From the NCBI RefSeq assembly GCF_035084215.1, contig NC_090336.1, positions 29,388,001-29,452,000 on the forward strand: DNA of 64,000 nucleotides. The letters run 5' to 3'. Made by a program: the position numbers and the translations under genes. The notes below the pieces were generated by a model. It made no database searches. It was not told the origin of the DNA and saw nothing but the letters and a program-made list of their open reading frames with translations. Origin of the DNA: Heptranchias perlo (Eukaryota). Of this stretch, positions 9,665 through 20,811 are shown in pieces (within the stretch, counting starts at the first letter, position 1; each line of letters begins with the position of its first letter).

Positions 9665-11031
9665 GTGCAGGGTTCCATAAAGGCACCGCATATATAGTCA
9701 CAGAACAATGCCTGGTGATTACCGATAATCTTTCCAACTGCCCGTTTTCACACCTCGGCAGAGAGATAATCACAGCAATCAAAGGAGTGGATGGTGTTCA
9801 GACAGGGGAACATTACACCCAAGACTACTGAATACACAAGCGGTCAGATTACAAAGACAGAGAGAGAGAGGGAGAGAGACACCCGAAAGGCAGAGAGAGA
9901 GAGAGAGAATGACCAGTTGTATTAAAAACAGATAACTTTTTTCTCCTGGTGGGGTTACATGTAGCGTGACATGAATCCAAGATCCCGGTTGAGGCCGTCC
10001 TCATGGGTGCGGAACTTGGCTATCAATTTCTGCTCGACAAATTTGCATTGCCGTGTGTCTCGAAGGCCGCCTTGAAGAACGCTTACCCGAAGATCGGAGG
10101 CTGAATGTCCCTGACTGCTGAAGTGTTCCCCGACTGGGAGGGAACCTTCCTGTCTGGCGATTGTTGTGCGGTGTCCGTTCATCCGTTGTCACAGTGTCTG
10201 CATGGTTTCGCCAATGTACCATGCTCCGGGGCATCCTTTCCTGCAACATATGAGGTAGACAACGTTGGCCGAGTCACAGGAGTATGAACCATGTACCTGG
10301 TGGGTGGTGTCCTCTCGTGTGATGGTGGTATCTGTATCGATGATCTGGCATGTCTTGCAGAGGTTGCCGTGGCAGGGTTGTGTGGTGTCGTGGACGCTGT
10401 TCTCCTGAAAGCTGGGTAATTTGCTGTGAACGATGGTCTGTTTGAGGTTAGGTGGCTGTTTAAAGGCGAGTAGTGGAGGTGTGGGGATGGCCTTAGCGAG
10501 GTGTTTGTCGTCATCGATGACATGTTGAAGGCTGCGGAGAACACGGCGTAGTTTCTCTGCTCCGGGGAAGTACTGGACGACGAAGGGTACTCTGTTGGTT
10601 GTGTCCCGTGTTTGTCTTCTGAGGAGGTCTATGCGATTTTTCGCTGTGGCCCGTTGGAACTGTCGATCAACGAGTCGAGCGTCATATCCCGTTCTTACGA
10701 GGGCGTCTTTCAGTGTCTGTAGGTGTCCATCGCGTTCCTCCTCGTCTGAGCAGACCCTGTGTATTCGCAGGGCCTGTCCATAGGGGATGGCCTCTTTGAC
10801 ATGGTTAGGGTGGAAGCTGGAAAAGTGGAGCATCATGAGGTTGTCCGTGGGCTTGCGGTAGAGTGAGGTGCTGAGGTGCCCGTCTTTGATGGAGGTTTGT
10901 GTGTCCAAGAAAGAAACCGATTCTGAGGAGTAGTCCATGGTGAGTTTGATGGTGGGATGGAACTTGTTGATGTTATCGTGTAGTCTCTTCAGTGATTCTT
11001 CGCCGTGGGTCCATAGGAAGAAAATGTCAAC

Positions 11032-12156
11032 TTCTTCACTGCACAGGACCTCCAACTAACGCTATACACCAGATACATCGACGACATTTTCTTCCTATGG
11101 ACCCATGGCGAAGAATCACTAAAGAGACTACACGATAACATCAACAAGTTGCATCCCACCATCAAACTCACCATGGACTACTCCTCAGAATCGGTTTCAT
11201 TCTTGGACACACGAATCTCCATCAAAGACGGGCACCTCAGCACCTCACTCTACCGCAAGCCCACGGACAACCTCACGATGCTCCACTTTTCCAGCTTCCA
11301 CCCTAACCACGTCAAAGAGGCCATCCCCTATGGACAGGCCCTGCGAATACACAGGATCTGCTCAGACGAGGAGGAACGCGATGGACACCTACAGACACTG
11401 AAAGACGCCCTCGTAAGAACGGGATATGACGCTCGACTCATCGATCGACAGTTCCGACGGGCCACAGCGAAAAATCGCATAGACCTCCTCAGAAGACTAA
11501 CACGGGACACAACCAACAGAGTACCCTTCGTTGTCCAGTACTTCCCCGGAGCGGAGAAACTACGCCATGTTCTTCGCAGCCTTCAACATGTCATCGATGA
11601 CGACGAACACCTCGCTAAGGCCATCCCCACGCCTCCACTACTCGCCTTTAAACAGCCACCCAACCTCAAACAGACCATCATTCGCAGCAAATTACCCAGC
11701 TTTCAGGAGAACAGCGTCCACAACACCACACAACCCTGCCACGGTAACCTCTGCAAGACATGCCAGATCATCGACACAGATACCACCATCACACGAGAGG
11801 ACACCACCCGCCAGGTGCATGGTTCATACTCCTGTGACTCGGCCAACGTTGTCTACCTCATACGTTGCAGGAAAGGATGCCCCGGAGCATGGTACATTGG
11901 CGAGACCATGCAGACACTGCGACAACGGATGAACGGACACCGCACAACAATCGCCAGACAGGAGGGTTCCCTCCCAGTCGGGGAACACTTCAGCAGTCAG
12001 GGACATTCAGCCACCGACCTTCGGGTAAGCGTTCTCCAAGGCGGCCTTCGAGACACACGACAATGCAAAATTGTCGAGCAGAAATTGATAGCCAAGTTCC
12101 GCACCCATGAGGACGGCCTCAACCGGGATCTTGGGTTCATGTCACGCTACATGTAA
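11032..12156 (+). CDS. 5'-truncated Penelope RT/GIY-YIG reading frame, open from the inversion junction to the stop
   Basis: FFTAQDLQLTLYTRYIDDIFFLW...SFLD...LYRKPTD...CHGNLCKTC...VVYLIRC...YIGET...GLNRD. The left arm carries the same frame with a stop. Confidence 0.75.
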   Translation, partial: FFTAQDLQLTLYTRYIDDIFFLWTHGEESLKRLHDNINKLHPTIKLTMDYSSESVSFLDTRISIKDGHLSTSLYRKPTDNLTMLHFSSFHPNHVKEAIPYGQALRIHRICSDEEERDGHLQTLKDALVRTGYDARLIDRQFRRATAKNRIDLLRRLTRDTTNRVPFVVQYFPGAEKLRHVLRSLQHVIDDDEHLAKAIPTPPLLAFKQPPNLKQTIIRSKLPSFQENSVHNTTQPCHGNLCKTCQIIDTDTTITREDTTRQVHGSYSCDSANVVYLIRCRKGCPGAWYIGETMQTLRQRMNGHRTTIARQEGSLPVGEHFSSQGHSATDLRVSVLQGGLRDTRQCKIVEQKLIAKFRTHEDGLNRDLGFMSRYM

Positions 12157-12450
12157 CCCCACTAGGAGAAAAAAGTTATCTGTTTTTAATACAACTGGTC
12201 ATTCTCTCTCTCTCTCTCTGCCTTTCGGGTGTCTCTCTCCCTCTCTCTCTCTCTCTGTCTTTGTAATCTGACCGCTTGTGTATTCAGTAGTCTTGGGTGT
12301 AATGTTCCCCTGTCTGAACACCATCCACTCCTTTGATTGCTGTGATTATCTCTCTGCCGAGGTGTGAAAACGGGCAGTTGGAAAGATTATCGGTAATCAT
12401 CAGGCATTGTTCTGTGACTATATATGCGGTGCCTTTATGGAACCCTGCAC

Positions 12451-12487
12451 TCACCTGACGAAGGAGGAAAGCTCCGACAGCTTGTGA
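12451..12487 (+). ncRNA. Minimal hammerhead ribozyme, right arm (GAAA changed to GACA)
   Basis: TCAC-CTGACGA-A-GGAGGAAAGCTCC-GACA-GCTT-GTGA. Confidence 0.7.
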
Positions 12488-12590
12488 TTTCAAATAAAGC
12501 TGATGGACTATAACCTGGTGTTGTAAGACTCCTTACATTTGTCCACCCCAGTCCATCACCGGCTTCTCCACTTCATAAAATAAGGCATAC

Positions 12591-12911
12591 CTGGGACGAT
12601 GAGTTCAGCTTCCACTATAGTGTCATTAGGAAGAGACCGGTGTTTCACAATGCATCGGTAATTATTACCATCATCTTCCAGTGGTGCTGCAATGCTTATT
12701 TGACTGGATTTACTAAATGTCCCATCATCATTGCTAACCAATTCACCTCCAGAATCATTGCTCGCAACACTTTCCGTTTTCCCTTGCGATAGCTTTTCCC
12801 AGCTGATATGTAGCTGACGTGGATAAAATCCAGTCACGTCACATCTCACAGACCACTTTGAACCATTTGAGATCGTAACACGTTCAGTGGACAGGTTGAT
12901 CTTTGGTCGAG
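12591..12911 (-). CDS. NCR3LG1: IgC1-domain exon of an NCR3LG1/B7-H6-like gene (phase 1-1, open)
   Basis: cag|CTCGACCAAAG...GTCCCAG|gtatgc. Translates ARPKINL...CDVTGFYPRQLHISWEK...NDDGTFSKSS...YRCIVKHRSL, resembling the B7-H6 C1 domain. Orthology not established. Confidence 0.8.
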
Positions 12912-14359
12912 CTGTATATACAAGGGAAAAGCAAATCGAAGATTAAGTCATCAGGCTGGATATTACTAATTGTTAATTCAGCAGATGTAAAATGTGGGAC
13001 TTTGCAGCTACTTGCAGTAAAGTTACTAGCTACAAGCCCATTTTCCTTTTGTTGCTTTGGGCTGGTTTTGTGTACAAAAACAATTGCTCTTTGTGATGAA
13101 TAATCCACAAAGCCTCATTTATTGTCTGTTCTTTCCCATCATGAATTCAGTTAATCTAACCTAGACAGTGGTAGACCACAGTTGGAGTCACTGGATATTA
13201 CTCAAGAGCAGGAACCCATCTGTAGTACCTCATGGATCCCTGACATTATCTTCTCAACTCCGCACAGACTGAGGATCAAACATGGGATCTTCCTAATCTG
13301 TCATCAGTTCCCTTCAAATATTATGGATTTTTATCTTGTTTTGTCTTTCCACAGCTTTGATCTTACAATCTTGCACTCATTGTCACAAAGATGGAGCTAT
13401 TTTAGCTTTTCCCATCAGAATTTTGCCCTAAAGGTTTCTTTGAATTACTTATTTTGTGAATTGTGAATCCAAAAAACTGCAGCATTTTTGTAAGCTTGGT
13501 TTTTTTTAAATTTTGGTTTCTATATAATTAATGAAGATTTTTTAAAAAAAGAACTAGAAACACTGGTTGGAATGAAACCTTCAGTGCACAAGAGAGAGCA
13601 AGAGGAAGAAATACATTTGTAAAGCCTTCCCTCACCAACACTCTGGGAAGATACCATTTTGCTCCAGTCAAAATACCCAATTGAGTTAAATACCTTTACA
13701 GCTTGACAAGATTTTTTTAAAACCACTCCCAGGAGATTGCATGGTTAGAAAGTGGGTGAATGGTGTGTGTGTCAGGATGGGAATAGGCTTGATGGTTTTT
13801 TCCACCTCTTCCTTTCCAATGTTAAACATAAACGAGCACTATATCCTGAAATGAGCAATGACTTTCATTTTATAGATTCTTCACATTATACCACTGCTGG
13901 CGATGGTAGCCCTGGCTGCAGTGGTATCACTGTAAAGTAAACAAATCAGCACCACTATCTCCAGAGGTGCACAGTAACACATAAAGATGTGGTTATTCCT
14001 GGCTCCTGGAAGGCAGCAGTGATACACCAGCCACCAGCTAACTCAGCACAGACTAAGGATCAAACTTGGGACCTTTCTTATCAGGTGACTCCATTTCATA
14101 CCAGGCAATGCATTTACTGAGTTAAAGGCACTACTTGGCAATTTCACTCACAATAGTTGTTGTGGAAAATGGAAAAATGTCACGCTGGTGCAGAAGGGGG
14201 ATGGATGCCATTCTAAGATTAGGACTGAGGCACATTTTTAAAGGGAACTTTACTTTGCATCTAACTTTGCTAAACCTGACCAATACTTCCATGGTTCTAC
14301 GACCAAGGAGTGCTTGATGCTGACATTGGGTGCCTAAAATGAAAAGTATTTCTTCCCCA

Positions 14360-14682
14360 GGGTTGCCATCTTTCGGATGAGATGTTAAACCAAGGCTCCA
14401 TCTGCCCTCTCAGGCGGATGTAAAAGATGTCATAGCACTATTCAAAGAAAAGGAGTTCTCCCAGTGTCCCGTCCAACATTCATCCCTCAGCCAACATCAC
14501 TAAAACAGATTATTTGGTCATTATTGCATTGTTGTTTGTGGAACCTTGCTGCGTGCAAATTGGCTGCAGTGTTTCCCTACATTAAATAGTGACTACACTT
14601 GAAAAGTACTTCATTGGCTGCGAAGCACTTTGGGATGTCCTGAGGTCATGAAAGGCGCTATATAAATGCAAGTCCTTTCTTA
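14360..14682 (+). mobile_element. Deu-domain SINE fragment (SacSINE1/AmnSINE-like) with L2-type tail
   Basis: TCTTTCGGATGAGATGTTAAACC...GGATGTAAAAGAT...GCACTATT...GTGCAAATTGGCTGC...GGCGCTATATAAATGCAAGT. Related copies at 40385-40545 and 61640-62000. Confidence 0.7.
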
Positions 14683-14800
14683 TTTCTGACTTCCTTATGC
14701 TCTTGTGTGTGCTACAATCAATTTCAGTAACCTGGTTTATGCACAAATATACTTTAAGATAAGTCGCAACAATACAGAGAGTGTCTTTTTTAAAAATTAC

Positions 14801-15148
14801 CTGACACTTGGAGCATTGAGCTGTTTTGTACTTTTGATGGAGTATAAAATACAGTACAGATATATTGACCTTCTTCGTTGATTTGTATTTTTGGAAGATA
14901 TAGTGAAGCATTTCCTTTCCGCAAATCATCTTCATTAATTCGTGCACCTGGTCTAATAGAGGAATGATTCCCTTCATTAAATGCATACACATTTCTCATT
15001 CTTTCTTCATGTACCAATGACCACTGGACTGCTACATATTCCAGGTCAAGCTCTGCAGTGTTAAAGCCGGATACTTTACATCCCAGAAGAACATCTTCAT
15101 TCACTAGAACTTGCAGTGGACTTTGAAATATGTTTATATTCAAGGTAT
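14801..15148 (-). CDS. NCR3LG1: IgV-domain exon of an NCR3LG1/B7-H6-like gene (phase 1-1, open)
   Basis: aag|ATACCTTG...GTGTCAG|gtaatt. Translates DTLNINIFQSP...LLGC...VQW...RPGA...GNASLYLPKIQINEEGQYICTVFYTP. RPGA/GxASLxLPxIQ/CxVxxTP is B7-H6-like. Splices in frame to the C1 exon. Confidence 0.82.
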
Positions 15149-15609
15149 CTTTACAGAAAGAAAATAGTTTGAAATATATTATAAAACACCCAGTATCACA
15201 ATTACAAACACAAGAATTATCACCACAGATTAAAATATATCAGACACAATAGTATTCTATTTTTCTTTAATTATTACACAAAGAAAAGCCAAGAAATTTG
15301 ATTTCTACAGTAAGGAACAATTTAATATGGCTTTAAGAACATTGCTAGACTGTAGATACCCAGTACCGAAGCAAAGAGCTGCCAGACCTGAGTTATAATG
15401 CTGACTCTGCATCCCTCTGTGACCAGGAAAGACAGAGTTCTGTATATGTTGGCTTGCATGTATCTGGGCAGTTTCACTGACTAGCATCAAATGCAAGTTA
15501 AATTTTAATACCAGGACAGATCAAAAATAATTTATGTTTAATGTTACCAGAGAACTACCAAAGCCTGTCAGCTCTCTGCAAACAATGAAAAGGTGAAGAA
15601 CGCAGTTTG

Positions 15610-16000
15610 AGTTCCCTGGTGGCCTAGTGGGAAAAGGCATTTCATAGTATAGAACTAAACCATATATATTAAAAAGATCCAGGTTCAATTCCTCATTTGT
15701 GCTGAGTCAGCCCACCTCAACTGGAACAGTCTTTGAGGCACTACAATTTACTTCAGAATGTGAAAAATCAACCAAGGTTCTCACTCATGACCAGCGATCC
15801 CTGTGGATGTGTGGATATTGAATGAGAAAAGGATTGGGTTCAGCTATGATCCTTCTACCATCTCTCCTAATACTCGGTCAAATTATCTGAACACACTCAT
15901 AATCTAGACTCACATTTGAAGTGTGGCCACTTGGGTGAATTACTGGAGGCCTGCTGGAACTGCACAGTCATCACCTTCAGAAGAGGGAGAAAATTAGGAG
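15610..16000 (+). mobile_element. LF-SINE-like element (near full length, diverged)
   Basis: tRNA-like head (GGTGGCCTAGTGG...CAGGTTCAATTCC), TGTGCTGAGT, GGCCACTTGGGTGA, 3' CCTTCAGAAGAGGGAGAAAATT. Family assignment is from memory of the consensus. Confidence 0.6.
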
Positions 16001-16160
16001 GGATGGGGATTTCATAGATTAAAAAAAGACTACCTGGGAATTTTTAAAATTTCACTTTAGAGCCACTGTAGCACAACTGCAGTCAGTATGAATCCAAAGG
16101 ATACACAAGAGGTCACCTTATAATTCTTGGCTAAACCTGGTTCAGGTGACTTCATACATT

Positions 16161-17684
16161 AGAACATAAGAACATAAGAAATAGGAGCAAGAGTAGGCCA
16201 ATCGGCCCCTCGAGCCTGCTCCGCCATTCAATAAGATCATGGCTGATCTGATCCTAACCTCAAATCTAAATTCATGTCCAATTTCCTGCCCGCTCCCCGT
16301 AACCCCTAATTCCCTTTACTTCTAGGAAACTGTCTATTTCTGTTTTAAATTTATTTAATGATGTAGCTTCCACAGCTTCCTGGGGCAGCAAATTCCACAG
16401 ACCTACTACTCTCTGAGTGAAGAAGTTTCTCATCATCTCAGTTTTGAAAAAGCAGCCCCTTATTCTAAGATTATGCCCCCTAGTTCTAGTTTCACCCATC
16501 CTTGGGAACATCCTTACTGCATCCACCCGATCAAGCCCCTTCACAATCTTATATGTTTCAATAAGATCGCCTCTCATTCTTCTGAACTCCAATGAGTAGA
16601 GTCCCAATCTACTCAACCTCTCCTCACATGTCCGCTCCCTCATCCCCGGGATTAACCGAGTGAACCTTCTTTGTACTGCCTCGAGAGCAAGTATGTCTTT
16701 TCTGAAGTATGGAGACCAAAACTGTATGCAGTATTCCAGGTGCGGTCTCACCAATACCTTATATAACTGCAGCAATACCTCCCTGTTTTTATATTCTATC
16801 CCCCAGCAATAAAAGCCAACATTCCAATGGCCTTCTTGATCACCTGTTGCACCTGCATGCTAACTTTTTGATTTTCTTGCACTAGGACCCCCAGATCCCT
16901 TTGTACTGCAGTACTTTCCAGTTTCTCGCCATTAAGATAATAACTTGCTCTCTGATTTTTTTCTGCCAAAGTGCATAACCTCACATTTTCCAATATTGTA
17001 TTGCATCTGCCTGTCTATATCCCCTTGTAGGTTTTTTATGTCCTCCTCACTCTCCGCTTTCCCTCCCATCTTTGTATCATCTGCAAACTTTGATATGTTA
17101 CACTTGGTCCCCTCCTCCAAATCGTTAATATAGATTGTAAAGAGTTGGGGACCCAGCACCGACCCCTGCGGAACACCACTGGTTACTGGTTGCCAGTCCG
17201 AGAATGAACCATTTATCCCAACTCTCTGCTTCCTGTTAGATAACCAATCCTCCACCCATGCCAGAATATTACCCCCAATCCAGTGATTCTTTATCTTGAG
17301 CAATAATCTTTTATGTGGCACCTTGTCGAATGCCTTCTGGAAGTCTAAATACACTACGTCCACTGGTTCCCCTTTATCCACCCTGTACGTTATGTCCTCA
17401 AAGAACTCAAGCAAATTTGTCAGACATGACTTCCCCTTCATAAAGCCATGCTGACTTTGTCCTATTAAATTATGTTTATCCAAATGTTCTGCTACTGTCT
17501 CCTTAATAATAGACTCCAAAATTTTACCCACCACAGATGTTAGGCTAACTGGTCTATAATTTCCAGCCTTCTGCCTACTACCCTTTTTAAATAAGGGTGT
17601 TACATTAGCAGTTTTCCAATCTGCCGGGACCTTTGCCGAGTCCAGAGAATTTTGGAAAATTATTACCAAAGCATCAATACCCAA
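16161..17684 (-). mobile_element. 5'-truncated CR1 LINE (RT C-terminal half)
   Basis: ORFs 16932..17684 and 16272..16775 with RT motifs. (TTCTTATG)n tail at 16161. Confidence 0.92.
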
Positions 17685-17714
17685 ATTATCAATACAGTTT
17701 ACACTGAGGCAAGT

Positions 17715-18334
17715 TTAAAACCAATCATAGAAATTACACCACAGTAGGAGGACACCCGACCTCCGAAAGCAGACCCCCCCCCCAATCACGTACCCCCCTG
17801 CAATCGCAGACCCCCGACCCCTCGATCGTGGACCACCAACCCCCCGATCGCGGACCCCCGACCCCAATCCTCCCCCCCCAACTCCGATCCCCGACCCTCC
17901 CCCCATCCTCCCCCCAGTCCAATCCTCCGACCTCCGACCCCCGACCCTCCCCCTCAAAGATCGTGGACCCCACGATGACCGCCGACCCTGACACCCACCC
18001 CCCACCCCCCGTGACTGACCCCCGATTCCATCCCCCATAACTCACGGCCCCCGTTCCAATCTATGCCCACCCATGCCAAACTCTGCCCACCCATGCCAAC
18101 CTACGCCCACCCATGCCCCCCCCCCCATCCATACAAGACTTACCTGCAGACTTAGCTGAAGACGTCCTCTCCCTGGCTGGTCGCCCGTCCGTCAGTCGGA
18201 CAAGAAACCAACAAAAGAAAAGACGTCCTTACGTCAAAATCGTAAGGATGTCTGGGAAACCCGAACTAATGGGTTTCCAGGCTTCAATTTGACCCTCCTG
18301 CGGCCTTCCCCGCTAGGTTTTAAAATTGAGCCCC
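17715..18334. repeat. C-rich low-complexity repeats inside a probable non-autonomous DNA transposon end
   Basis: CCGACCC/CCGATC-rich tract and ~3 ATGCCCACCCATGCC units. Ends AAAATTGAGCCCC, similar to the Harbinger TIRs here. Confidence 0.5.
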
Positions 18335-19683
18335 ATATTTTGGAGAGGGTTCTGAGAAGAGCAACCAGGATAATTATGCAACCTCAATTACTACTTGGGT
18401 TATGATGAAACTGGGTCTTATCTCTGAATACTTTTAAATCTTTGCAACTTCAAAGCAATGATCATCCACAAAATTAGCAGGTTTGTTGGCCATGGGAAAA
18501 TTTAATTTTTTTTTTAAAAAGGTACAAGTTACTACAGTCAGTGCCCACCCTCAAGTCTAAAAGATCTCTTTAGTAACCACTCAAAGATTCCATTTCACGT
18601 GATCAGTTTTTGTGCAAGAACTTCCAGCCATCAGTCCTAAATTTTCATTTCACCAGTTTGAACCTCTACCCTCTAATCTTACTACTATAGTTTTACAAAG
18701 TATTGTTCCAGATTTATGTTTTCTATATCAATTTTACATAGCCCGAAATGGTACCTGCTTTCATTTTCTCCTTTCGAGGCTGAAGCACCAAAGCATTTAC
18801 AGTCTTTCCTCATAACTTAGTCATCTGATCCTTTGTGGTTCTTGTGGTGAACCATTATTTACAGCTTCGTTTTGAGAGGGGATGAATTTTTAAAAATGTA
18901 AAATACTGCATTCTTGGCTTGGAAAAATAATTTTAAAAATTATTATTCATTCTCGGGATGTGGGCATCGCTGGCAAGGCCAGCATTTAATGCCAATGAGT
19001 GTGTCAGCATGGCTCAGTGGAGCAGCCTCACCTCTTGAATATCTCCATGTTTCTAGGTGGCCAAATCTAGTCACAGTATAGCCAGAGCAACTCTTCCAAT
19101 ATATTCTACTGATAAAGGAATTAATTGTTTTGTTGCATGTTTTCCGCAGTGGCTGGAAATGTTAAGTGCCAAGTACACCAACATTCCTAGATTACGGGGC
19201 AGGGCGGCAGCTCCCCACTGACAGAGGCACAAAACTCATTTTCCGTTTTTGAAATTAAGCCACTGTGGAAGAAGTAAATCGTTCCCACAATATTTTACCT
19301 GAGGCTGAAAATAAGAGCGTGACAGCAGTCAACGTTAGGAGCGTTTTTGCGGAGTAAAATCCAGCACGGGGAGCCATGTCTGCCGAGTTATACAGAAGAT
19401 GTTCCGACACCTCGATCCCTTTCGCTTTGATTCCTTGAACCAGGATGTAAATATCACCCAGCAGAGCCCGGAAATTTACCGCATCGACTCTGCCACTCAC
19501 AAATATCTCTTGTGACCGGTTCTCTTCCACTTTCTCTCTGGAGTAATGATGAAAATTTTCACTGGGTGCTCAATCGTTTTAAATTAAAAGCACAGCTCTC
19601 TCCACTGAGCTCACTGAGTGTGTCATTACTCCGTTCCCTTAAAAATCTGGGGCTGAACCTGCCAAATGTTGTGTTTAGCAGTA

Positions 19684-20811
19684 ACATCGGAATATAGGAA
19701 CAGGAGTAGGCCATTCAACCCCTCGTGCCTGCTCCACCATTTGATAAGATCATGGCTGATCTGTGATCTAACTCCATATACCTGCCTTTGGCCCATATCC
19801 CTTAATACCTTTGGTTGCCAAAAAGCTATCTATCTCACAATTTAAATTTAGCAATTGAGCTAGTATCAATTGCTGTTTGCGGGAGAGAGTTCCAAACTTC
19901 TACTACCCTTTGTGTGTAGAAATGTTTTCTAATCTCGCTCCTGAAAGGTCTGGCTCTAATTTTTAGACTGTGCCCCCTACTCCTAGAATCCCCAACCAGC
20001 GGAAATAGTTTCTCTCTATCCACCCTATCCAGTCCCCTTAATATCTTATAAACGTTGATCAGATCACCCCTTAACCTTCAAAATTCTAGAGAATACAACC
20101 CAATTTGTGTAATCTCTCCTCGTAACTTAACCCTTGAAGTCCGGGTATCATTCTAGTAAACCTACGCTGCACTCCCTCCAAGGCCAATATGTCCTTCCGA
20201 AGGTGCGGTGCCCAGAACTGCTCACAGTACTCCAGGTGCGGTCTAACCAGGGTTTTGTATAGCTGCAGCATAACTTCTGCCCCCTTGTACTCTAGTCCTC
20301 TACATATAAAGGCCAGAATTCCATTAGCCTTCTTGATTATTTTCTGCACCTGTTCATGACACTTCAATCATCTATGTACCTGAACCCCAAAGTCCCTTTG
20401 GACATCCACAGTTTTTAACTTTTTACCATTTAGAAAGTACCCTATTCTACCCTTTTTTGATCCACATTTGTCTACATTGAATTCTATTTGCCACAATTTT
20501 TCCCATTCACCTAATCTCTCAATATCGCTTTGTAATTTTATGTTTTCATCTACACTGCTTACAATACCACCAATCTTTGTGTCATCGGCAAATTTAGATA
20601 TGAGACTTACTATGCCTTCATCTAAGTCATTAATAAATATTGTGAATAATTGAGGCCCCAAGACAGATCCCTGCGGGACTCCACTAGTCACATCCTGCCA
20701 ATGTGAATACTTACCCATTATCCCGACTCTCTGTCGCCTTTCTCTCAGCCAATTTCCTAACCAAGTCCATAACTTTCCCTCGATTCCATGGGCTTCTATC
20801 TTAGCTAACAA
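19684..20811 (-). mobile_element. 5'-truncated CR1 LINE
   Basis: [19 protein letters not shown]. Same family as 33933-34436 and 48450-50778. Confidence 0.92.

Larger units (their letters stand above)
9585..12570. mobile_element. Penelope-like element (RT C-terminus plus GIY-YIG) as a divergent inverted dimer; left arm 9585-11030(-), right arm 11031-12570(+)
   Basis: The arms are reverse complements over ~1.45 kb. YIDD at 11074-11085; VVYLIRC...WYIGET GIY-YIG motif. 15-bp TSD CTTCATAAAATAAGG at 9570-9584 and 12571-12585. Confidence 0.93.

Noticed and set aside
16030-16120. Hydrophobic stretch (VSFGFILTAVVLQWL) as leader exon
   Set aside because: No in-frame ATG, and a stop occurs before the candidate donor.
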